Assembly (NCBI GenBank): GCA_965601925.1
Contig: OZ271854.1
Location: 3,744,001 to 3,808,000, forward strand
DNA: 64,000 nt
Reading direction: 5' to 3'
Source of the DNA: Alkalispirochaeta sp.
GTDB lineage: Bacteria > Spirochaetota > Spirochaetia > DSM-27196 > Alkalispirochaetaceae
Under the pieces are notes generated by a model. It had not been told where the DNA came from, did no database searches, and worked only from the letters and a program-made list of their open reading frames with translations. The translations under genes were made by a program, and so were the position numbers. Of the stretch, positions 1-8,819 are shown piece after piece (position 1 is the first letter of the stretch; each line of letters starts with the position of its first letter).

Positions 1-1044
1 GTGCTCATGGCTAACAGGACCTTGCTATGGGCTCGCTTTGCTCTGACCCCGTTTTGCAACTTTCAATGCGAACACTGCTATGTTGGCGCGCGGTTCCCAA
101 ATGCGACGGGGCGGCGGCAACTCAGCACGGTTGAAGTTGAAAGTGTATTGACTCAACTGTCAAAGACGAGCTGTTTGTTTGTTTCCATCACCGGCGGCGA
201 GCCTTTGCTTCATCCGGATTTCGAACGCATCTGGAGGCACGCTTTTCGGTCGGGTCTTCGCCTTAACCTATTTACTAACGGCTCGTTGATCGATGATTCA
301 CATTTCTCGTTATTTAAGGAGTGTCCGCCTCATTCGATTCAGGTATCTCTATACGGGCATAGCGACGAGGCCTATCGGTTCTTCACGCGTTGTCGGGGAA
401 TGTCGGAACGCGTGTTGAATGCCATAGAAAGTCTATGCGCCGGCGGATTTTCGGTCACCGCTAGGTTCGTGGCTTCTAATATCACCGCGAAAGAAGCAAA
501 AGCGTCGCGGAACCATTTTTCCAGACTCCCGGGCGTTCGCTGGCTTCCACATCCAGTTCTGGATCCGTGTATGAGTGGCTGCGGCACTGATCCAAAGAAG
601 ATCCGGGTAGGTCTGGATGAATCCATTGAGATGCTGTTGGACGACCCCGATGCTCGACAGCAGCTATTGAACGACTATGACAGCCGTTCGCTGCCGAGAA
701 GCACGGAGTGGTACCATTGCTCCGCGGCCGATTTCTCCGTCGCTATCGATCCATTCGGCGGCTACAGCTTCTGCGATTACTCGATAGGTGACTTGGGTCT
801 CAATATTCGCGACGTAGATCTGTCGACCGGGTTCAACTCGATCATTCCTGACTGGATCGCGCGCGAGAACGCACGTAATCGAAAACCATCACAGTGTATG
901 GGTTGTGCCGCACGGGTGTTTTGTAAGAACTGCCCGCAAACTGCCAAGCTTGAATCCGGCCGCGACGGCGTAAATGACTATTACCATCAGTTCGCTTGTG
1001 CTCTTTACGATAGGCTTCGGGCACTGGACACGGCGAATGGCTGA
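1..1044 (+). CDS. Radical SAM/SPASM-domain protein (putative peptide maturase); may extend upstream of the window
   Basis: CxxxCxxC motif (CNFQCEHC), ITGGEPLL, FTNG, and a C-terminal SPASM Cys set (HCSA...SFCD...CMGCAARVFCKNCP...FAC). Confidence 0.9.
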   Translation: MLMANRTLLWARFALTPFCNFQCEHCYVGARFPNATGRRQLSTVEVESVLTQLSKTSCLFVSITGGEPLLHPDFERIWRHAFRSGLRLNLFTNGSLIDDSHFSLFKECPPHSIQVSLYGHSDEAYRFFTRCRGMSERVLNAIESLCAGGFSVTARFVASNITAKEAKASRNHFSRLPGVRWLPHPVLDPCMSGCGTDPKKIRVGLDESIEMLLDDPDARQQLLNDYDSRSLPRSTEWYHCSAADFSVAIDPFGGYSFCDYSIGDLGLNIRDVDLSTGFNSIIPDWIARENARNRKPSQCMGCAARVFCKNCPQTAKLESGRDGVNDYYHQFACALYDRLRALDTANG

Positions 1045-2002
1045 AGGTCAGTGGAAGCTACGGGCACTGCTGCCCGAACCCGAGCCTTCCCTTCGTGCAA
1101 TACTCCAAAGGCGCCCAGAGCGCGTTGTCGTGTTTTCGACAACACAGCGGTTCCGATGGGCGATTCACGACGGAAGCCGCTGGCGAGAGACGAGCTTCTA
1201 CCGCCATAATGACGAGTTGCGTGGCGTGTTGCACCACACGCGGATCGAGGAAGATAAGTGCTCCTGGTGCCTTTTTGAAGGTGTTGTTGGGCCGCAGGTT
1301 CCGGCAGCAGCAGGCCGATGGAGTTCAAATGCGGTCGATTTTATGTCGACCACCACCACGGCCGCCTGGGCAACGTTGGGAAGCGAGCCGGTAAATCTTA
1401 AGCGTCTTCACTTTCGCACGGCCGATCGGATCGGCGGAGCGGTTGGAACGATCCCTCGCGCACTGTCCGACTACTCCAACTTGCGTTTTGTAATCACGAA
1501 CGGAACTACGCACGAGGAGTTTGTAACATCGTCGCTCACGCCGGTCTCGGATCAATGGTTCGCAGACCGTTTGACACCTGATCTGTTCGTCTCGTTATGC
1601 GACTGGAATCTCATGCGACCCAATGAGTTGTCCAGCGATACGATCTGCAGAATCGGCCGCCTCGGGCGAGCGATGAGTGTTGGTGCCGAGTTCGAGTACA
1701 TTGATTGCTTACCTGCCCGTTCGGTGATCCGTGCGTTCTCAAAACACGAGATCTGGGAGTGGTCCGGATCAGATCGATTCGGGCTTGGAACGAGGTGTTG
1801 GATCGCCCTCCGCGAACCCGACTTGATCGCGAGTGTGACACCCGAGCTGCTGGCTGCTGGTGCCCTCACGCCAATCGGCAGTGTGGCGAGATTGTTGGAC
1901 GCGTTGTGCGGTTCGGACGAGTTCCCGGTTGGATTTACGTTAGGCGGTACGGTTGGAGTGATCTTCAGTTTCGATACCATCTTTTCTAGAGATGCGGGGT
2001 GA
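1037..2002 (+). CDS. Hypothetical protein in the RiPP-like cluster
   Basis: ORF of about 320 aa; the ATG at 1037 overlaps the rSAM stop (ATGGCTGA); no recognisable motif. Confidence 0.7.
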   Translation: MAEGQWKLRALLPEPEPSLRAILQRRPERVVVFSTTQRFRWAIHDGSRWRETSFYRHNDELRGVLHHTRIEEDKCSWCLFEGVVGPQVPAAAGRWSSNAVDFMSTTTTAAWATLGSEPVNLKRLHFRTADRIGGAVGTIPRALSDYSNLRFVITNGTTHEEFVTSSLTPVSDQWFADRLTPDLFVSLCDWNLMRPNELSSDTICRIGRLGRAMSVGAEFEYIDCLPARSVIRAFSKHEIWEWSGSDRFGLGTRCWIALREPDLIASVTPELLAAGALTPIGSVARLLDALCGSDEFPVGFTLGGTVGVIFSFDTIFSRDAG

Positions 2003-2006
2003 AGAC

Positions 2007-2372
2007 ATGAACACGGCGGTCGCCAACTATGAGGAACGTGGGATACGCGAGTACGCGAAGTTACTGCATCAGTGTATTTCTGACTTCGGGCGCGTTCGCA
2101 TGATCGCGTTCGGCAACAGCATGAAGCCGACGATAAGCAATCGTGACATACTCATCATTGAGTCTTGTAAGTTTGATTTTTTGAAAGTTAATGATATAGT
2201 GTTTTTTGTTCAAGCTAATTATAATATTCACAAAATACATAGAATTATACACAAGTATCAAGATTTCTTAATTGCAAAGGGCGACAACTGTGTACAAGAA
2301 GACATTCCAGTTCGACCCAACGAGATCGTTGGTCTTGTTGTCAAGACATACTCGGCAGGGACAAAGACGTGA
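2007..2372 (+). CDS. S24/S26-family (signal peptidase-like) serine peptidase
   Basis: GNSMKPTI (catalytic Ser), IHRII (His general base as in S26B), KGDN, and IVGLV motifs. Confidence 0.85.
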   Translation: MNTAVANYEERGIREYAKLLHQCISDFGRVRMIAFGNSMKPTISNRDILIIESCKFDFLKVNDIVFFVQANYNIHKIHRIIHKYQDFLIAKGDNCVQEDIPVRPNEIVGLVVKTYSAGTKT

Positions 2373-3520
2373 TCTTCGCAAGAATTGTCAATCACGCGGA
2401 AGCTCTACCCTTATGGCTTGCGCGTATGCGAAGAAACGATCCGTGCACCGTAATTCACGTTGACAAGCACTCTGACATGAGAGACCCGCTCAGCGAGGGA
2501 ATAAACTGCGGTACTTTTCTGCTAGCTGCGTTGCTCTCCGATCTGCCCATCCGCAAGGTTTGCTGGCTGTACCAGCCGGGCTTCATTCACGAGACATCGC
2601 TTGCCGTTTCGCGCGACGCACAGGACAGGTTCTGCAAACGGCTTTCGTCTCAGTTCGGAGGTGTCTCAGTTTCCACCGCTGGTGAAGCAACAGTGTTTGT
2701 GTTCGGTGGCAAGAAGATCGTCATCTTGCCGGTTTGGCACTTCAGCAGTGTTATGCGTGACGCGGCGTCCGACCCACAAGTCATAGTCGATATAGATTTG
2801 GACACTTTTGTGCGGAGTAACGGCGATCTCATACCAGAGATTGCCGGGCGTTCGCTTCAAGACGTAGTCGATGTCTGTGCTGCGAATCGCGATCAACTCG
2901 ATATTGTAACCCTCTGTACTTCTTCCGACTCTGGTTACTTCCCTTCATACTTTTCGTTTGTATCGGACTATGTGGAGAATGGCATTAAGAACACGACTGA
3001 CGCCCCACCCGGAGATCTTCGGCAAGTCGACTGGGAGTACCGGGCGGTCTCCAACACTGCGTCCGCAGAAGATCTCAGTGACGCGTTATCGCGGGCAGCA
3101 ACGCCACTATCCCACTGCGGGACTCTTATCAAGATCGAGCTTTCGCAATGGCTTCGACACGAGTCAGCACCTATTGAACCTGCGACGCGGCTCTTGGTCC
3201 AAGAACTGCCGCTGGGGTTGCGTCGGACAATGGGCTTTGGGTTTTTTCACGATCGAGAGGGGGGCACGCGGCTTGCCCTTCGAGCAGTCGTTAACAGCCT
3301 CTCAGTGGATCCCAACAACCCTTTCTTGATCCACAAGGCTGCCCAGCTTGCCAATGCGTTACTAGCACAGTTTAAGCAAACACAGTGTCGCGAAGGCACG
3401 AAATACAGTTTGGACGACTTTATTCATGATGGCTGGCAGGAAGACCCAGGGCTTTGGCAGTGGTACTTCGATGAGCTGTTGCAACAAGCCGCAATTGCGG
3501 GGGGACGAAATGCGGGCTGA
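2369..3520 (+). CDS. UPF0489 family / peptide arginase-like metallohydrolase
   Basis: HVDKHSD (DxHxD), INCGTFL, VDIDLDTF (DxDxD) and TLCTSSDSGY motifs; GTGA overlap with the upstream stop. Confidence 0.72.
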   Translation: MIFARIVNHAEALPLWLARMRRNDPCTVIHVDKHSDMRDPLSEGINCGTFLLAALLSDLPIRKVCWLYQPGFIHETSLAVSRDAQDRFCKRLSSQFGGVSVSTAGEATVFVFGGKKIVILPVWHFSSVMRDAASDPQVIVDIDLDTFVRSNGDLIPEIAGRSLQDVVDVCAANRDQLDIVTLCTSSDSGYFPSYFSFVSDYVENGIKNTTDAPPGDLRQVDWEYRAVSNTASAEDLSDALSRAATPLSHCGTLIKIELSQWLRHESAPIEPATRLLVQELPLGLRRTMGFGFFHDREGGTRLALRAVVNSLSVDPNNPFLIHKAAQLANALLAQFKQTQCREGTKYSLDDFIHDGWQEDPGLWQWYFDELLQQAAIAGGRNAG

Positions 3521-5216
3521 TCTAAATGGAGTCCAAGGTGAAAGGCTGTTCTCACTCCTTGAGTTCATACGGAATGCAAAGTCTTTGCGGCTTTTCCTAA
3601 CGGTTAGCCTACAGTTTATGTTTCTTATCGGGGTTTCCGTCGCAGCGTCGATGGTATTCGACTATGCATTTGTGCATGCCAACCGCTCGATGTTACTCCG
3701 CGCCTGCGCTCTCACGCTTGTCTTGTACTTTTGCTATGCTGTTGCGGACTATTTCTACAACCGGGTTGCGTTAACGGCAATCCATGAGTCTTTTGCGTCG
3801 ATCCTGCGGTCGCGTCTGTTGAGCGGCTTCATTAACGCGCCTTCATCGGCCTTTCATCAAATGTCCAGTGCCGAGGTGTCGAAATCGCTGACTACCGAAG
3901 TCAACCAGTACGCCGACTCTGTTCATCTGGTGGTTTCAAGCGCTGGCCAAGCGGTGCCGTTGGTTCTTGGCTTGGTTTACCTGTTGACTATTGCTCCGGT
4001 CTTAACCGTAGCGTATGTAGTAATCGGTCTCTTGCCGATAGTGATTATCGGTTTGTTGGCGAACAAGGAAGCAGAGTTGTCTTCACACCAGATTAAAGAG
4101 TATCGCCAACTCGCCGGTTTCTTGGAAGACGCAGTCGCTGGGTACACGGATATTCATGGTTTGAACCAGGTCGACAGTTTCGTTCGTACATTTGGAACTA
4201 CGAGCCGCAGGTTCGTTGTTCGTCGATTTCTTCGAAAGCAGAACATTGGTTCGGCCATCAACGCAGTTGGCTCGTTTTTCACTCGGATCGTCCCGTTGGT
4301 TGTTGCGGTCTGCTGGGCCCACCTGGAACTGTCAGACGTACAACCGGCGGACCTGGTAGCTTTTGTTTCTCTAACAATGTTGATGCCCTCGCTTACCGTA
4401 CTGGCGATATTGCGTCAGTCGCTTGTACGCTACCGCGTTCACGCAACGCACATCAAAGCTCGTCTAAAACTAGATCGCGAACTCTTCGGCAGTGTGGTAC
4501 CGACAACCGGTTCGGTCGAGTTCGCGGATGTTACGATTCGATCTCGCAACTCGACCATTGTTGCGGGCGTGTCGCTCTCAATTGAGGAGGGTGAAAAAGT
4601 TGCGATCTGCGGCCCGACGGGAGTTGGCAAAAGCCTCTTGCTGAACTGCCTGTACGATCCGGTCAGCGTTGAAGCCGGCGAAGTCCTGCTTGGCGGCGTC
4701 GATGCCAACGACGTCGATTGGAGTCAATTTCGCCGTCTTATCGCGTACGCCAATGACTCGCCGTTGATCCTCGACAGAACCGCGCTTGCCAATCTGTGCT
4801 TGGGCGTCGACATGCCGGCTTCTGAAGTGATCGCACGCATCACATCGATGAACCTCGGTGATGTAACTCGCACGATAATCGATGACGAGCATCAGATCGG
4901 ACAAGACATGCTCTCCACCGGAGAACGGCAAGCTCTCGGAATCTGCAGGGCGCTGCTGCGCAGATCGAAGTTGCTTTTGCTCGACGAAGCAACCGCCGCA
5001 CTGTCCTCCGATCTAGAACATGCACTCATGCATGAGGTACACAAATCTAACTCAACTGTCCTCTGTATCTCACACCGGATTGAAACAATTAGATCAATGG
5101 AAAGGCTCGTGTTGATTGTGGATGGTGGGATCGCGTTCGATGGTGACATGTCCCGCGCTCAAACGGTTCCCGTGGTCAACGAGTTTCTCAACGGAAACCA
5201 GGTGGTGAAATCGTGA
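3510..5216 (+). CDS. ABC exporter, TMD+NBD half-transporter (no C39 peptidase domain)
   Basis: N-terminal TM helices; Walker A GPTGVGKS, signature LSTGERQ, Walker B LLLLDE, ISHR switch. Confidence 0.88.
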   Translation: MRADLNGVQGERLFSLLEFIRNAKSLRLFLTVSLQFMFLIGVSVAASMVFDYAFVHANRSMLLRACALTLVLYFCYAVADYFYNRVALTAIHESFASILRSRLLSGFINAPSSAFHQMSSAEVSKSLTTEVNQYADSVHLVVSSAGQAVPLVLGLVYLLTIAPVLTVAYVVIGLLPIVIIGLLANKEAELSSHQIKEYRQLAGFLEDAVAGYTDIHGLNQVDSFVRTFGTTSRRFVVRRFLRKQNIGSAINAVGSFFTRIVPLVVAVCWAHLELSDVQPADLVAFVSLTMLMPSLTVLAILRQSLVRYRVHATHIKARLKLDRELFGSVVPTTGSVEFADVTIRSRNSTIVAGVSLSIEEGEKVAICGPTGVGKSLLLNCLYDPVSVEAGEVLLGGVDANDVDWSQFRRLIAYANDSPLILDRTALANLCLGVDMPASEVIARITSMNLGDVTRTIIDDEHQIGQDMLSTGERQALGICRALLRRSKLLLLDEATAALSSDLEHALMHEVHKSNSTVLCISHRIETIRSMERLVLIVDGGIAFDGDMSRAQTVPVVNEFLNGNQVVKS

Positions 5217-6907
5217 ACCTGCTTGCGAATACCTTTGGGTTGTACCGAAGCTACTACGTGAAGGATCGTGTGTGGCATGCGCTGTTTTTGGTCTTGATCG
5301 CTGTACGTGCGGCGGCCCTCTATGTCGTTAGTCGGTTGCTATGGGCAGGTACCGACACGCTGACTGATTTAGCGGTCGTTGCCGGCGCGATCGGATGCTA
5401 CTCGGTTTTGTCATTTCTCGGAGACATGGTCGCGTCCAGGTGGCTGATATACATGCCAATGAGTCGCATGATGGAGGCTCGATTCCGGGAAACCATCCGC
5501 ACGGATCACGAACAGTTCATGAACGACGGCCGATTTCGGGCCATATTTGCGACTCTCGAAGAGCCCCAGATGATCATCGAGCACGTTTGGGCCACATTTC
5601 AGTTGATTGGTCATGCCGCGGTTGCGTTGGTGATTACTGTAACGCTGCTGAGAGATTTCCCTTGGGCAACCCTCGCAGTAGCCGCGTTTGCGATAGCCTT
5701 TGAAGCGATGATCTTGCGGCGGACTCGGCAAGGCGAGCGCAAGTGGAGTGAGCTGTCCAGGCGATTTGAGTATTATCAGTCTCGTATCGTCGCTCGAATG
5801 CGAGCGATCCAGTCGATCAAAATCATGGGGTTGTCTCAAGCAGTCACCTCGGAGATTGAAAACGATGCCGGCGCATACACCCAGAGCGTCTCCAGAGCCA
5901 AAGGATTCGATGTGGAAATCAGAATTCTGTACGGTGTCAGGGCGTTCTTGGTTCAGATCTTATTCGTGTTACTCGCCGTGCTCTTTCATGCCAACTCGAT
6001 ACTCACGATTTCCATGGCGATAGCCGCTGTTTTTTTCGTCGACGCGTTTCAATCAAGCCTATCTACTGCGCTCGAATCGGCGCTTACATGGAACCGCACG
6101 CGTGGTGTCGTCAGTGAGTTTGTGACCCACTCTGACCAAGATCGTAAGCGAACGATCATCACACCGCGACCGTGGCAATCTGGGATTTCTGACACGTCGG
6201 TGGAGCTTCTGGATGTAACCGTGGTCGGAGGGCGAGATCAGGAACGAAGCCGTGTACTGGTGAAAGGGCTCAGTCTTTCGGCCAAAAATGGCGAGAACAT
6301 TGCGCTTGTAGGCCCGAATGGCGCCGGTAAGTCCACGCTCCTGCGAACCATCTTTGGCCTGTCAAACCCCGAGTGCGGTACGGTCGCGGCTTATGGTTCG
6401 GTCGGCGTCGGCCATTCGGAAAGTGCTAGTTGGGCTCTTTACATTGGCGATTCACCACATGTTTTCAACACCACGCTTGACGAGAATCTCAGGATGGGTC
6501 TCCCGGCCAGCGAGGGCAAAGTCTCCAATGTACTCCTCGGTCTCGAGCTCGGATCGTTAACCGACGGACTGTCTTCAGTTTCGACAGAGCGACTTGACCG
6601 CGATGCAAAAACGATTTCTGCCGGTGAGCGAGCCCGGGTTGGGTTGGGTCGTTGCCTGCTAAGAAGTAGTCGCTGCCGACTGCTGTTTGTCGATGAGACG
6701 TTGAGAAACTTAGACTCGAGAACTCGAATTCACGTACTCGAGTATCTGCTCTCAGCTTTTAGGGAAAGCACCGTGTTTATTGCCACGCATCAGGAAAACG
6801 TGATCGAGCGACTTGACGTCGTTTGGTACCTCGATCCGAATACCAAAGCGGTCGAGATCATGACGCCTGCCCAATATCTGAGCAGGTCGTTGCAAGCCAA
6901 TACTTAG
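5213..6907 (+). CDS. ABC exporter, TMD+NBD half-transporter
   Basis: TM helices; GPNGAGKS, ISAGERAR, LLFVDE, ATH; GTGA coupling to the previous gene. Confidence 0.88.
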   Translation: MNLLANTFGLYRSYYVKDRVWHALFLVLIAVRAAALYVVSRLLWAGTDTLTDLAVVAGAIGCYSVLSFLGDMVASRWLIYMPMSRMMEARFRETIRTDHEQFMNDGRFRAIFATLEEPQMIIEHVWATFQLIGHAAVALVITVTLLRDFPWATLAVAAFAIAFEAMILRRTRQGERKWSELSRRFEYYQSRIVARMRAIQSIKIMGLSQAVTSEIENDAGAYTQSVSRAKGFDVEIRILYGVRAFLVQILFVLLAVLFHANSILTISMAIAAVFFVDAFQSSLSTALESALTWNRTRGVVSEFVTHSDQDRKRTIITPRPWQSGISDTSVELLDVTVVGGRDQERSRVLVKGLSLSAKNGENIALVGPNGAGKSTLLRTIFGLSNPECGTVAAYGSVGVGHSESASWALYIGDSPHVFNTTLDENLRMGLPASEGKVSNVLLGLELGSLTDGLSSVSTERLDRDAKTISAGERARVGLGRCLLRSSRCRLLFVDETLRNLDSRTRIHVLEYLLSAFRESTVFIATHQENVIERLDVVWYLDPNTKAVEIMTPAQYLSRSLQANT

Positions 6908-7010
6908 TTAGGCGGCCGGAGGCTCGAAGAGCCGAGAAGCTCCGACTGATATCGGTGTTGATGTTCAGTGTGGACATCAATATCACGGACTTTGTTCCGA
7001 GGAGGCTGAC

Positions 7011-8738
7011 ATGTTGATACAAACCAAAGCAGTGAAGGATGCGTCTCCGGCGGATACACTGAGCCGGATACGCAAGGCGTTGTCCATTCTGAACCTCACG
7101 CCAGTGGAGACCAGTAACATGCTCGATCCAGCTGGCACGAGCTATTCCACTCGCATTGAACTGCCCGGTTTCCCGGTTGGCACCAATGGAAAGGGCGTTA
7201 GCCCCGAGCTGGCGCAGGCGAGTGCGTACGCTGAGTTCATGGAGCGGTTACAGAATCTGGCCTTGGCGTTTGCACCGTATATTGCGAACCCCCAAACCAT
7301 TGTGTTTCCGGATCAAGTGTCGTTGGCAATCGATCAGATTCCTGATTGGTGTTGGCAAGCGATCTCCGGAAGCTTAGATGTGAGAAACGAGCTTTTGACG
7401 ACTCCCGATTCCACGCACCGTGCCTGCGCGGTGCCGTACTACGATGTGTTTGGAAACCAGGTCGTGCACCTTCCTTTGGACTTGCTATTCTATGCTTGTG
7501 GTAGCAACGGGATGTGTGCCGGGAACACACCACAGGAGGCAGTACTTCAGGGGATGTGCGAGGTTCTTGAGCGGCACTGCGTGTCACGCGCGTATGAGCA
7601 ACGACTCCAGGTTCCGACGATCCCCCACAACCGCCTTCGCGGGCTCCATTCCTATGACATGATCAGTAAGATTCAGTCCCAAGGAATGGAAGTATTGGTA
7701 AAAGATCTCTCGCTGGGCGGCCGCTATCCGGTTATAGCCACGTATACCTTCGACTCGCGCACAGGTTTGGGTCGGCTGTGCGCAGGGTCGCACCCCTACC
7801 TCGATATTGCATTGCAGCGTTGCATCACCGAGACTTTTCAAGGCTCTGATGCGCCAAGTCAACGCGTCGATTGGGCATTTGAACCAGGCATGTCCCAACT
7901 ACACCTGGCCGAACGAATGAACTTTTTTGTAAATGGCTCTGGGTTTTTCCCTTCGTACCTGGTTCTTGACGACTCAGACGAGGGCCTGCCAGACGGCGCA
8001 TTCTTCGGTGACGCGAACGCAACGAACGCGGAGTTACTATCATGGGTTTCGCGGCGCTTGCAAGCAAGCGGGGCGAGAGTTTTTGTTCGCGACGTGTCGT
8101 TTTTGGGGTTCCCGTCGTACAACGTGTTCATCGATACCATGTCGGTCGTTCAACCCTTGGATACGCCTGGCGCATTTTTGGCATTGAACGGTGCAAGGAT
8201 ACGAGCGTCGATATCCAGGTTGGACGATGCCGACGTCGAGGCACTGTTAAGCGTTCAAAAGGGGCTCCGCCTCATAGCTGATCCTGCGTCAGGCGTTCGG
8301 GCTTTCGAGGATTTTCTTGCTCGGCGAGCAACCGCGGAGCGTCAGCAGACGATCGACTACCATGGACTGTCGGCTTGGACGTCCTTAGCAACCAAGGACT
8401 ATGCGCAGGGGGTTGTCGACCACTCAAGATACATGCAGACATTTGATACCAGCCGCCCGGACTACTTGATGCATCTTGCACTCGGATTGACACTAAAGAT
8501 GCTCGCCGAAGGTGCGTCAGACAAAACGATTCAGAGTTGTTTGCAGCGATACTACGGTGTACCCATCGCATTGTTGTTGTCCAAGTTTACGCGTGAGCCT
8601 CGTGCAGCATTGCGCTCTCTCTTTGTGGATAACCTGCTCCCGTTGGATCCGAAGTGTGAGCAGACGGTCCAGACTATTGTCAGCGCACTGCGCGATAACG
8701 CACTGCAGCAAGAAGACTTAGCAAACATATTCGCATAG
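7011..8738 (+). CDS. YcaO-family ATP-dependent peptide backbone-modifying enzyme
   Basis: NGKG...ASAYAEFMER, SNGMCAGNT..EAVLQGMCEVLERH, RCITETFQG; GGAGG SD; ends EDLANIFA (no PxP). Confidence 0.9.
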   Translation: MLIQTKAVKDASPADTLSRIRKALSILNLTPVETSNMLDPAGTSYSTRIELPGFPVGTNGKGVSPELAQASAYAEFMERLQNLALAFAPYIANPQTIVFPDQVSLAIDQIPDWCWQAISGSLDVRNELLTTPDSTHRACAVPYYDVFGNQVVHLPLDLLFYACGSNGMCAGNTPQEAVLQGMCEVLERHCVSRAYEQRLQVPTIPHNRLRGLHSYDMISKIQSQGMEVLVKDLSLGGRYPVIATYTFDSRTGLGRLCAGSHPYLDIALQRCITETFQGSDAPSQRVDWAFEPGMSQLHLAERMNFFVNGSGFFPSYLVLDDSDEGLPDGAFFGDANATNAELLSWVSRRLQASGARVFVRDVSFLGFPSYNVFIDTMSVVQPLDTPGAFLALNGARIRASISRLDDADVEALLSVQKGLRLIADPASGVRAFEDFLARRATAERQQTIDYHGLSAWTSLATKDYAQGVVDHSRYMQTFDTSRPDYLMHLALGLTLKMLAEGASDKTIQSCLQRYYGVPIALLLSKFTREPRAALRSLFVDNLLPLDPKCEQTVQTIVSALRDNALQQEDLANIFA

Positions 8739-8819
8739 TGTTGTCTCTCGGTTCGGTGAGCATCGGCGAAACGCAATGTACCAAGTGATCGAGGAAATGC
8801 GCGGCTGAAGAGGATAAGT

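Noticed and set aside
6823..7017. 64-aa ORF bridging the second ABC gene and ycaO as a precursor
   Set aside because: Overlaps the ABC gene out of frame, has no RBS and no precursor-like features.
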